Of a stretch of DNA of 64,000 nt, positions 28,832 to 38,013 are shown piece after piece. This DNA comes from an uncultured Bacteroidales bacterium (lineage in GTDB: Bacteria; Bacteroidota; Bacteroidia; Bacteroidales; JAGOPY01). The notes under the pieces are model-generated. The model saw nothing but the letters and a program-made list of their open reading frames with translations. It was not told the DNA's origin and did not search any database. The translations under genes were made by a program, and so were the position numbers. Location: positions 2,484,458 to 2,548,457 of the forward strand of contig CAVPBC010000002.1 of NCBI GenBank assembly GCA_963701785.1, given 5' to 3'. How positions within the stretch are numbered: position 1 is the stretch's first letter; every line of letters starts with the position of its first letter.

Positions 28832-31800
28832 ATGAAATATTATTTTGCGACTTCTGTTTTGCTATTGTTTCTATTTGGCAATATCATCCCGGCCAGGGCC
28901 CAGTATGGTTATAGCGAATTTGTGGAAACACTTATCACAGGGATTACTGATAGCTCATTAGCCCTGGTTGACCGTCAACTCAGCGGTGATACTTCTGTTT
29001 ATATCGGTGGCGTGCTTGATTCCATTAAATCAAGGCATTCAGACTATCCCGGTAATGCAAAAGCAGCGCAACTGATCCTTGAAAAATTTGAATCTTTCGG
29101 ACTTGAGGCTGATTACCAGCAATATGACGGAAACGGATTTAATGTGATTGGAACAAAAACAGGTACGGTGTTTCCAAATGAACATTACATTGTATGTGCC
29201 CATTATGATGCCCAGCCTGGCGGCCCGATTGCACCCGGGGCGGATGATAATGCTTCAGGTACCTCCGCCGTTATTGAAGCAGCGAGATTGTTAAGTCCCT
29301 ATGATTTTGATTATACTGTTAAATTCATCGCTTTCGATGAAGAAGAGCAGGGGCTTATCGGAAGCCGGGCTTATGCCGATACGGCCTATAAATACGGTGT
29401 TATAATCAAAGGTGTAGTAAATCTGGATATGATCGGATGGGATTCAAATAATGATTTTGAATTATCGGTAAGTTCTAATGTTCAATCGATGCCACTCTTA
29501 GCTGATTTTACAGATATCCTGCGCATTTTTCAACCTCAATTATCACCACATCTTATTACTGCCCCAAACAGCGACCATTCCAGTTTCTGGAATAAAGGTT
29601 ATCCTGCTTTACTGGCAATTGAAGAATATCCTGGTGATTTTCTCCCCTATTACCACACGGTGAATGACCTTTTTCAATACCTGAACCCGGCATTCTTCGT
29701 GGCCATGACACGTGGTGCAGTTGCATCTGTGGCAACGATGGCGCGTAATTACAAGATGAATATGAGCCATCAGCCATTCGCCAATAGCCGCAACAACAAT
29801 GACCGAATCGCAAACCTGGTGCTTTCCGGACCTCATATGATCGACACCGGAATCTACAGCCCAAGGCTCTATTACAAAATTGATGATGTGGGCCTCAACT
29901 TTTTGAACGCTTATCAAATTTCAGGCGATACTTTTAAATTCTCTATTCCCGGGCAACAAGCCGGCAGTAAGGTTTCGTACTATTTTGCCGCCCAGGATGC
30001 TGATGGTGAATACGTGGTAACCCTTCCTGAGGGCGGGAAAGGTATAAATCCTCCGGGTAGTGTCTCACCACCTGTTTTTTACAGCTATTATATTATGAAT
30101 GATACCGTGGCTACAGTCTGTGCATCCGGCCTACCAATGAGTATCCCCGGATATCAGACCGTCAATAAGGTTGTAAATATTCCATATTCAGGGCAGTTAC
30201 TGGATGTAAATGTTTCGATTAGCCTTAACCATTATTTGGATAAGGACATTAACCTTTACCTGGTTAGTCCTTCGGGACGTGAAGTTATGCTGAGCACCAA
30301 AAACGGTACGGGCATGGATCATTACACCAACACTGTTTTTGACGATGAGGCAGTGACATTTATTAACCAGGGCATGCCGCCGTTTACCGGAACATTCAGG
30401 CCCGAACAACCCCTGTCCGCGTTTGATGATACAGCCGCATCCGGGAACTGGTCCTTAAAGATCAGGAATGCAGGGTCAATTCCGGGTACCTTGACGAATT
30501 TTTGCCTGACGTTGACATTATCCAGCAGCAGCAATCTTTATGTTGATGCGTCCCGCCCATTTTCAGGAGATGGCCGAAGCTGGCATAGCGCTTACCGGAC
30601 TATTTCTGAAGTAACAGAGCTGGAACCACCTGCAGGATCTCTTATACTGATAAAGCCCGGAACTTACCAGGAAGATCTCATCATCACCAGCAATGGACAG
30701 GAAATTGTACCGCTGAAAACCGGGATATCCCTGTCAAACGGACATAAGATCCAGTTCCCTGCCGGGACCGATCTGTCAGGTATTGATCTTGCCGGTAACC
30801 CGGGAGAGTATTATGCCTGTGTTTTCAGAAGTAAATATTTTAACAGCGGCTATTACCAGGTAAACCAGGTTGATGAATCAAACGATTATATCATGGTCAA
30901 CGGGCATAGATTTAATGATGAAGAAGGTGTGGTCGGTGATTCTGCTTTATTATCAGCAGTCGTCTGCAGGCCTGTCATCTATTCGAAATATTCTGCAGAT
31001 CCTGAAACGGAAAGGGTTGTCGTTGATGCGGCCGGCGATGAAAGTATCAGTACGGTTTTGTACCTGGGGGATGCCATTGGCGATGGTGCTTATGATGCTT
31101 TGCCGGCAAATTATAACATCATTGACGGAATTGATCTGACCGGCTCCGACAATGGGGGAGGGATTCATATTCAAAGCTCTTCGTTCAATATAATTACCAA
31201 CAGCCGGATTTATGAATTAAACGGTGCAGGGATCCTGGTTAATGGAAATGCTGACCATCCGGCCTATTTCAATCTCATCATCAATAACGAAATCTTTAAT
31301 ACCCCAACCGAAGGCATTTACATAGGCGCCGCTGAAATGACTGCCTATAATAATCATACCCATTTTACACACCTTATCGGGAATGATATTCATACTTCCG
31401 GTTCCGGACCTTATGCGATGCTTGAAAATGCCATTGATATCACGGATGCAAACAGGTCTTCCTTAATTGAAAGCAATGTTATTCATGATTTCAACCTGGT
31501 GAGTTCCGGTAACGGGGCGCTGAATATAGGTTCCGGAACAAATCGCACGCTGATAAACGGGAACATCTTTCACCAGATTGATAAAACCGGCGATGGGCCA
31601 CGTGCGATTATCATGGTGCATGATCAGTCTATTAACCTGGATATTCTTAATAACATCCTTTATGATACGCTGGCCTCCGATAATGACATTTATGCATTCC
31701 GGGTTGATGGCACAGGCCACACTTCTTCAAGGGCGGTTCACAATACCATTAACAATATTGACGGTGGATTTCTTCTTGAAGATTATGGCAGTGCACCTGG

Positions 31801-32359
31801 TTTCGTCATAAGTAATAATATCATCCGGATCAATGACCAGTATTATACTCATTTGGGCGCTGAGGGCCGTTTTCAGGTCTCCAATAATCTTTATCCTACC
31901 GATCCAACTCCTGACCCATCGATGCCCTATTTTGAGGAGATTGGCCGGATTGTCGGAAACGTTGATTTCATGGATCCTCCCGGTGGCGATTTTAATTTAT
32001 TGATCAAATCAGACAATGCAATCTGCACAGGTATGGGTTTATCTTCCCCCGTTTTGTATGACGCCAGTCGCAATTCGCGTGACCCTGAAATGCCCGATAT
32101 CGGGGCAATGGAACTGGAGAATAAAATCGTATGGACCGGGCTGATTGATCAAAACTGGACCAATCCCGGCAACTGGAGTACAAATGATATCCCTGACAGC
32201 TTTTCAAATGTTGTGATAAAGGATGCCTTACACAATCCTGTTATCAATATTGATAATTATGTTATTAATGGTATGTTGTTAAAATCGGGTTCCTTCCTCT
32301 CAATCATTCAAAATTCAATACTGGAACAAAGGTCGGAACGTCGTCCGATATTAGAATAA
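28832..32359 (+). CDS. M28 aminopeptidase + proprotein-convertase P-domain + parallel beta-helix module (1175 aa)
   Basis: M28: HYDAQPGGPIAPGADDNASGTSAVIEAARLL, FIAFDEEEQGLIGS, NLDMIG. P-domain-like: LDVNVSISLNHYLDKDINLYLVSPSGREVML...FDDEA...GTFRPEQPLSAF...GNWSLKIRNAGSIPGTLTNFCLTL. The rest is paralogous to the upstream gene. Confidence 0.75.
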   Translation: MKYYFATSVLLLFLFGNIIPARAQYGYSEFVETLITGITDSSLALVDRQLSGDTSVYIGGVLDSIKSRHSDYPGNAKAAQLILEKFESFGLEADYQQYDGNGFNVIGTKTGTVFPNEHYIVCAHYDAQPGGPIAPGADDNASGTSAVIEAARLLSPYDFDYTVKFIAFDEEEQGLIGSRAYADTAYKYGVIIKGVVNLDMIGWDSNNDFELSVSSNVQSMPLLADFTDILRIFQPQLSPHLITAPNSDHSSFWNKGYPALLAIEEYPGDFLPYYHTVNDLFQYLNPAFFVAMTRGAVASVATMARNYKMNMSHQPFANSRNNNDRIANLVLSGPHMIDTGIYSPRLYYKIDDVGLNFLNAYQISGDTFKFSIPGQQAGSKVSYYFAAQDADGEYVVTLPEGGKGINPPGSVSPPVFYSYYIMNDTVATVCASGLPMSIPGYQTVNKVVNIPYSGQLLDVNVSISLNHYLDKDINLYLVSPSGREVMLSTKNGTGMDHYTNTVFDDEAVTFINQGMPPFTGTFRPEQPLSAFDDTAASGNWSLKIRNAGSIPGTLTNFCLTLTLSSSSNLYVDASRPFSGDGRSWHSAYRTISEVTELEPPAGSLILIKPGTYQEDLIITSNGQEIVPLKTGISLSNGHKIQFPAGTDLSGIDLAGNPGEYYACVFRSKYFNSGYYQVNQVDESNDYIMVNGHRFNDEEGVVGDSALLSAVVCRPVIYSKYSADPETERVVVDAAGDESISTVLYLGDAIGDGAYDALPANYNIIDGIDLTGSDNGGGIHIQSSSFNIITNSRIYELNGAGILVNGNADHPAYFNLIINNEIFNTPTEGIYIGAAEMTAYNNHTHFTHLIGNDIHTSGSGPYAMLENAIDITDANRSSLIESNVIHDFNLVSSGNGALNIGSGTNRTLINGNIFHQIDKTGDGPRAIIMVHDQSINLDILNNILYDTLASDNDIYAFRVDGTGHTSSRAVHNTINNIDGGFLLEDYGSAPGFVISNNIIRINDQYYTHLGAEGRFQVSNNLYPTDPTPDPSMPYFEEIGRIVGNVDFMDPPGGDFNLLIKSDNAICTGMGLSSPVLYDASRNSRDPEMPDIGAMELENKIVWTGLIDQNWTNPGNWSTNDIPDSFSNVVIKDALHNPVINIDNYVINGMLLKSGSFLSIIQNSILEQRSERRPILE

Positions 32360-32392
32360 AAAAGGGCTGTCCCGACATTTGAGACAACCCCG
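32358..32392 (-). terminator. Rho-independent terminator for the BNR-repeat gene
   Basis: On the minus strand gggttgtc-tcaaatgtcggg-gacagccc followed by tttttt; 30 nt after the stop at 32422. Confidence 0.55.
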
Positions 32393-32421
32393 TATTGAGA
32401 AGGACCTGGTGTTTGTATGGA

Positions 32422-34380
32422 TTACTGGACGATCATTTTCTTCGTCACTTTTCCTGCGCCGGTGTTGACCGAATAGAAATAAATGCCCCTGCTCAAGCCG
32501 TTGGCATCGATTTCAAGATCATGCATTCCTTTCGCCAGGTTGCCTATGTCAGTCGTTCTCACCAGGCTTCCTGTCAGGTTGTAAATTTCCACTGTGATAT
32601 GGGCATCCTGCAATAGATGAATCTTTATGAAGGTATTGGAAGAGAATGGATTAGGGAAATTCTGTGAAACGATTGCGGGTAGTTCGTGGTTATCTTTGAT
32701 CCCGGTAATCGTATATGACTTAACAAAATCGGGGATATAATAAAATTGTACAGGCAAAAGCGGGTCATTGTTGGTCATTTCCTCATAAACAAAAGGTATA
32801 GTGCAGGTATAGCTTGACTCAGTAACTTCCGAGAACACATAGTGGCTCATACACCCAAAAAAGGCATTCCACATGGCAGCTGACAGGAAGGTCACATTTT
32901 CAGCCGCATCCCCATGCTGGTCAAGTGTGGGCAAATATTCCCGGAAAAAAATGTCAGGCTGGCTGTTGTCTTCAATATCAGGATTTTCCGTATCGATCCA
33001 GGAGAAGAAAACGATGGCCCCGTCCATGGTTGTGGCCACCTGTGGACGGTTATACTGGGTAATCGGGGCGTCGCTGGCCCCAAATTCAGCCTGGAACCGT
33101 TTTATATTGCTCAGGTTAAAAGATCTCCAGGTTTGCCCCTGGTCGTCCGACCAGATATGGAACATGGCTATAAGGCCTTCCGATGTATATATTACGCCCT
33201 CTTCATTGTCGGCAATACATACTAAACCTACGATATGAGGGTTTCCCCATGCATCCACCGAAAGGTCACATTCATAACCCATGTAATAATCAATTTCATC
33301 CCTTGGCGGCACCGGCTCAGGATCAAAGAAGGCAATAAGCACTTCGTCAGTGATGAACTGCTGAACCTCTTCCAGCCCATCCTCGCCACCCAGCTGAACT
33401 TCAATCGGATCACTCCAGGTATCGCCACCATCGGTTGTTTTCAGCAATACGGGATGATAACTGGTATAAGGAAGTACATCAGGCAGGTTGGTCATTACGC
33501 AAATATAACCTGTCAACCCATCCGGTGAAAACGCAATCTTAATGTCATTGATCCCATCATCTGGATTAGCAATCAGCTCGAGGAGATCAAAATTGTAATT
33601 AAAATCAGAAAGGTCCGGCTCCCATATCCCGCGTCCAACAATGAGGGTGCCCTGGTAATTATACGTAGATGGGTCACCAATTGAATTCTGGTCGACCATC
33701 CAGGCTTCCCCCGCCTGGGTAATTGTAAATGCTGATGGCAGGTACTGGTAATAGGGTGGGGTGGAAGTCTTGTTATGCTGTGTAGGAGTCGAGCCATCAG
33801 CCAGTTGTTTGACGCCATATGCATACCCTCCCCAGTTAGTCCCGGACCCGGTATTACTGCCGTCAAGGGTTGGCGCAAAATAGTGGAAATAGGCATTGTC
33901 AGGATCCGTATTCCCGGCAGGATTATATAGCGCACCCTGGGGGTAACGGCCATCATAACCGTCGGGAAGCGTTGGGTCATAAGCCTGGACATTATTTTCC
34001 CAGTTCAGGCCGCCGTCCTTTGAAATATCATAAGCCAGGTAACCGGTCCCGGGAGGAATGATCATACGATGTATAAAGGATACCGAATTAATATTATTAT
34101 CGGCCCATAAATAAGTGGTCCTGAAAAAAGCGAATCCGAAGGCATTGCCCGACTGCCCTATTGCTATAGGATTTACCATGTTGAAGTCACTCATTCCTTT
34201 TAATGGACTGGCTATTTTATTTGCATTCCAGTAGGGTTTAGTAATGAAGTCTCCCGGTGCATGCCCGATATAACTGGCAGCAGGCACCTTCGGACTCAAT
34301 GGCTTAAAGATTTCTTTGCTGATCTGTGCATAGGCAGTTGTAAAACATACCATTAATGCAAATAGTAGTAGTTTTTTCAT
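32422..34380 (-). CDS. BNR/Asp-box repeat (sialidase-fold-like) protein with T9SS C-terminal sorting domain
   Basis: Signal MKKLLLFALMVCFTTAYAQ; Asp-boxes SKDGGLNWE, TTDGGDTWS, SDDQGQTWR; CTD FPNPFSSNTFIKIHLLQDAHITVEIYNLTGSLV...GIYFYSVNTGAGKVTKKMIVQ. Confidence 0.75.
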   Translation of the reverse strand: MKKLLLFALMVCFTTAYAQISKEIFKPLSPKVPAASYIGHAPGDFITKPYWNANKIASPLKGMSDFNMVNPIAIGQSGNAFGFAFFRTTYLWADNNINSVSFIHRMIIPPGTGYLAYDISKDGGLNWENNVQAYDPTLPDGYDGRYPQGALYNPAGNTDPDNAYFHYFAPTLDGSNTGSGTNWGGYAYGVKQLADGSTPTQHNKTSTPPYYQYLPSAFTITQAGEAWMVDQNSIGDPSTYNYQGTLIVGRGIWEPDLSDFNYNFDLLELIANPDDGINDIKIAFSPDGLTGYICVMTNLPDVLPYTSYHPVLLKTTDGGDTWSDPIEVQLGGEDGLEEVQQFITDEVLIAFFDPEPVPPRDEIDYYMGYECDLSVDAWGNPHIVGLVCIADNEEGVIYTSEGLIAMFHIWSDDQGQTWRSFNLSNIKRFQAEFGASDAPITQYNRPQVATTMDGAIVFFSWIDTENPDIEDNSQPDIFFREYLPTLDQHGDAAENVTFLSAAMWNAFFGCMSHYVFSEVTESSYTCTIPFVYEEMTNNDPLLPVQFYYIPDFVKSYTITGIKDNHELPAIVSQNFPNPFSSNTFIKIHLLQDAHITVEIYNLTGSLVRTTDIGNLAKGMHDLEIDANGLSRGIYFYSVNTGAGKVTKKMIVQ

Positions 34381-34525
34381 AATTGTGAGATTTAATTAGT
34401 TATCCGAAATTAACTCATAATCAAAGCAAAATATATAGGACAATCTACCAATCGCATGTTTGGATTGATTGTTCCATTGTTTCAACGTTCCAATGTCCCG
34501 GTTTCCAGATTGCATAAGCTGAATG

Positions 34526-34594
34526 CCGACCGCCGACCGCTGACCGCCGACCGCTGACCGCCGACCTCCGACCTCTGACCTCCGACCCCCGACC
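34526..34594. repeat. GC-rich heptamer array (CCGACCG drifting to CCGACCT/CCGACCC, about 10 copies)
   Basis: ccgaccgccgaccgctgaccgccgaccgctgaccgccgacctccgacctctgacctccgacccccgacc, in the divergent intergenic region between 34380 and 34689. Confidence 0.9.
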
Positions 34595-34688
34595 TTCTCT
34601 TTATATCCTTTCTAAATTTAATCCTTTCATTTTTCATCTGTAAAAAAATGAGAAATTTGCTCTTCTAAACTTATAAAAATAATGAATT

Positions 34689-36507
34689 ATGGCCGGAAAA
34701 ACCTTTGCTGAAAAGATTTTCGATGCACCTGCAGGGAGCATCGTATTTAAAAAACCTGATATTGTTCTATCGCATGATAATACTTCAAGCATCAGCAGCA
34801 CATTTAACAAGATGGACGGGCAAAAAGTTGCTGATCCTGACCAGTTGCTTGTGATCCTGGATCATAATGCACCTCCGACTGACGCAAAACTGGCCAACCA
34901 GTACCAGAAGATCAGGGACATTGTCAGGCAGCAGGGGGTCACAAAATTTCATGATGTTGGTGACGGGATCTGCCACCAGATCATGGCTACATTATGCCAG
35001 GCCGGGGATGCTGATAGTCGGTAGTGACAGCCATACCGGCACGGCGGGGGCTTTCAATGCATTTGCCGCCGGGATTGACCGGACCGAAACAGCAGGCCTA
35101 TGGAAATTGGGCGAAACCTGGTTCAGGGTCCCTGAGACCTTGAAGGTCACTCTGACCGGCCAATTGAGAAAAGGCGTATTTGCCAAGGATATTTCACTCT
35201 GGATCATTGGCATGATTGGTTCCAGCGGGGCAGATTATATGTCCGTTGAATTTCATGGCGAAGGGATTAAAACATTGTCTATCTCCGAAAGAATGACCCT
35301 GGCTAACCTGGCATCTGAGATGGGTGCGAAGAATGCGGTCTTTCCCCCGGATAATATCCTGGAGGAATATTTTGGAGGACCTGTGAAAGGTATTTGGGCT
35401 GATAAAGATGCCAGTTATATCAAAGAGATTGAGATCAACCTCAGCGAAGTTTTTCCGGTTGTTGCTGCACCACATCATGTCGACAATGTCAAAGCTATTT
35501 CTGAAGTCGAGGGGACGCCGATACACCAGGCAATGATTGGAACCTGCACAAACGGCCGGTTCGATGATCTGTATGAGGCCGCTATGGTGATCAAAGGCAA
35601 AAAACTTCCCGCAGGCATGCAAATGCTGGTAATTCCTGCTTCCAAAGATATTTACCTCCAGGCTCTCCGGGAAGGCTTGATAGAAATTTTTATGGATGCC
35701 GGGGCCAATGTACTGGCATCTTCCTGCGGACCTTGCCTTGGAACAGGGCAGGGGATACCGGCTGACGGTTATAACGTCATCTCCACGGCAAACCGTAATT
35801 TTAAAGGACGAATGGGTAACAAGGAAGCAAATATTTACCTTGCTTCTCCCGTTGCCGTGGCTATGGCTGCCCTGGCCGGTAAGATCGTCGATCCGAGAGG
35901 AATCAGTGCCAATGATAAATTCCCTTACCAGAGAGAGCAATCAAAGACCGTGATGATCGGTGCTGATGATGACCGTTTGATCGATGGTGTATGGAATTAT
36001 TCTGATGTGGATAACCTAAACACTGACCAGATGTTTGCCGGAAACCTGACATATAATGTTTTGAGTTCCGAACCTGAAAAGATCATGCCTTATCTGTTCA
36101 AAGGATTCGATGACAGTTTCGCGGAAAGGGTTAAAGAAGGACATATCATCATCGCCGGGGCTAATTTTGGCTGCGGGAGCTCGAGGGAGCATCCTTCTGT
36201 CGGATTGGCTTATGCCAGTATCCAGGCGGTGATCTGCAAATCCGTGAACCGGATATTTTATCGTTCATCGGTAAACCAGGGACTGCCGATCATTCTAGTT
36301 CCTGAAGCTGTTGATTATTACCAGGCCGGGGATCCGGTGAGTATCGATTTTGCGAAGGGTACCATCATGGTCAGGGACAGGGTTTTCCATTTTGAACCGC
36401 TTCCCGGGAAATTGATGAAGATTTTTGAAGCTAAAGGACTGGTAAATTATATCAAACAGGGTATAGAGCCAATTACAGCCCAATCACTAAATATTGTTGA
36501 AAAGTAA
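34689..36507 (+). CDS. Aconitase-family hydratase with fused large and small (swivel) domains (3-isopropylmalate dehydratase/homoaconitase-like), one frame break near 34990
   Basis: LSHDNTS, GSDSHTGTAGAF, Cys ligands in GTCTNGR and SSCGPCLG, swivel-domain GANFGCGSSREHP. ORFs 34689..35024 and 34867..36507 are colinear. Confidence 0.8.
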
Positions 36508-36541
36508 GTAAACATTCTGAAGGTTATATATGTTCTTTATG

Positions 36542-36549
36542 TAATTTTG
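36542..36549 (+). promoter_or_regulatory. -7 box TAATTTTG upstream of the metallophosphoesterase gene
   Basis: Matches TAnnTTTG; 40 nt upstream of the ATG at 36590. Confidence 0.4.
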
Positions 36550-36589
36550 CGGCCTTAATTCAAAATTTACGGGGCCGCATCTCCGATAC

Positions 36590-37930
36590 ATGAGAAAATA
36601 TTACCTCCCGATACTTATTATCATCCTGCTTGTCCCGGCCTATTTTCTTTTTGCAGAGGCCCATCCGAAAACCGTCGGTCGTTTTCCTTTTATGGTTTTC
36701 CTGCTCGCCATCGATATTTATCTTTGGTATTCATTGTACAAAAAGATCGGGTCGTTACCGGCCCCGGGCAAAGTTACGATTGGTATCCTTTATTGGATGC
36801 CCCTGGCAGCATTCGTCTTTCTTACATCAATTTCTTCCATTCAAAATGTCAACCTGGCCCATCCTCCTTTAATATCCTATATTCTGGGATTTACTGTAGT
36901 GGCCTATTTTTCAAAACTGATCACGGTTATCTTCTTTCTTTTCGCTGATTTCTACAGGATCATTATATTTATTTTCAGGCATGCAAGGGCCAAGAAAACC
37001 GGGAAACCGATCAGTCATGATACGACAGCTATTTCCCGCGGAAGGTTTTTAAGGACATTGGGTTTGGCAACCGGCGGCCTGTTTTTCAGCGGGATGGTCA
37101 TCGGGATGGTTAAATGGGCTCATGATTTTCGTGTCCGGGGGGTGAATTTAAACCTTCCGGATCTGCCATGGCCTTTTGAAGGATTGAGGATTGTCCAGAT
37201 ATCTGATCTTCACCTCGGAAGCTGGGCTTCTGTCGATCCTATTGAGGAAGCGGCAGGTATCATCAATGACCTGGACCCTGACCTGGTTTTATTCACGGGG
37301 GATATTGTCAATTACAGTACCAATGAAGCTTTGCGATTCAAGGAGGTTCTTGAGGGCATCCATGCAAAGTATGGCGTTTATGCCATCCTGGGCAACCATG
37401 ATTATGGCGATTACGTCAACTGGCCTTCTGAAGCTGAAAAGGAACAAAATATGGCTTCCCTGTACAGCTTTTTCGAAGAAATCGGCTGGAAACTGCTTCG
37501 TAATGAAAACGATGTCATTGAGATTGATGGTGAAAAGCTGGCATTGATAGGGGTCGAGAACTGGAGTGCCAATCCAAGGTTTCCCAAACTTGGAAATCTC
37601 CCCAAAGCTATGGAAGGAATTGCTGACGTCCCTGTGAAGATCCTGATGTCGCACGATCCTACGCACTGGGAGAAAGAGGTCAGCCTGAAATATCCCGATA
37701 TTGACCTTACTCTTTCAGGGCATACCCATGGTTTTCAGTTTGGCGTGGAACTGAAACATTTCAGGTGGAGTTTTGCTCAATATGTTTACAAATACTGGGC
37801 AGGATTATACCAGGCTGAAAATACGGCAAAACCTCAATATCTTTATGTTAACCGTGGTTTGGGTATGATCGGGTACCCCGGACGTGTTGGGATTCTTCCT
37901 GAAATTACCTTAATAACATTGAATTCCTGA
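36590..37930 (+). CDS. Membrane-anchored metallophosphoesterase
   Basis: N-terminal about 190 aa with several TM helices, then calcineurin-like motifs ISDLHLGSW, FTGDIVNY, LGNHDYG, SGHTHGFQ. Confidence 0.8.
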   Translation: MRKYYLPILIIILLVPAYFLFAEAHPKTVGRFPFMVFLLAIDIYLWYSLYKKIGSLPAPGKVTIGILYWMPLAAFVFLTSISSIQNVNLAHPPLISYILGFTVVAYFSKLITVIFFLFADFYRIIIFIFRHARAKKTGKPISHDTTAISRGRFLRTLGLATGGLFFSGMVIGMVKWAHDFRVRGVNLNLPDLPWPFEGLRIVQISDLHLGSWASVDPIEEAAGIINDLDPDLVLFTGDIVNYSTNEALRFKEVLEGIHAKYGVYAILGNHDYGDYVNWPSEAEKEQNMASLYSFFEEIGWKLLRNENDVIEIDGEKLALIGVENWSANPRFPKLGNLPKAMEGIADVPVKILMSHDPTHWEKEVSLKYPDIDLTLSGHTHGFQFGVELKHFRWSFAQYVYKYWAGLYQAENTAKPQYLYVNRGLGMIGYPGRVGILPEITLITLNS

Positions 37931-37932
37931 TT

Positions 37933-38013
37933 AGCCAATTCACTTCAGGGAACTACCTGGTCAGGATCAGGACCAATGAAACGACCCGGGTGGAGAAATT
38001 ACTTGTTAATTAG
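37933..38013 (+). pseudogene. Orphan 26-codon relic of a T9SS C-terminal sorting domain
   Basis: Translates SQFTSGNYLVRIRTNETTRVEKLLVN-stop, i.e. the last strands of a type A CTD, with no upstream ORF in frame. Confidence 0.45.

Noticed and set aside
35194-35940. 248-aa ORF on the minus strand
   Set aside because: It is antisense to the aconitase-family gene and has no motifs. Shadow ORF.
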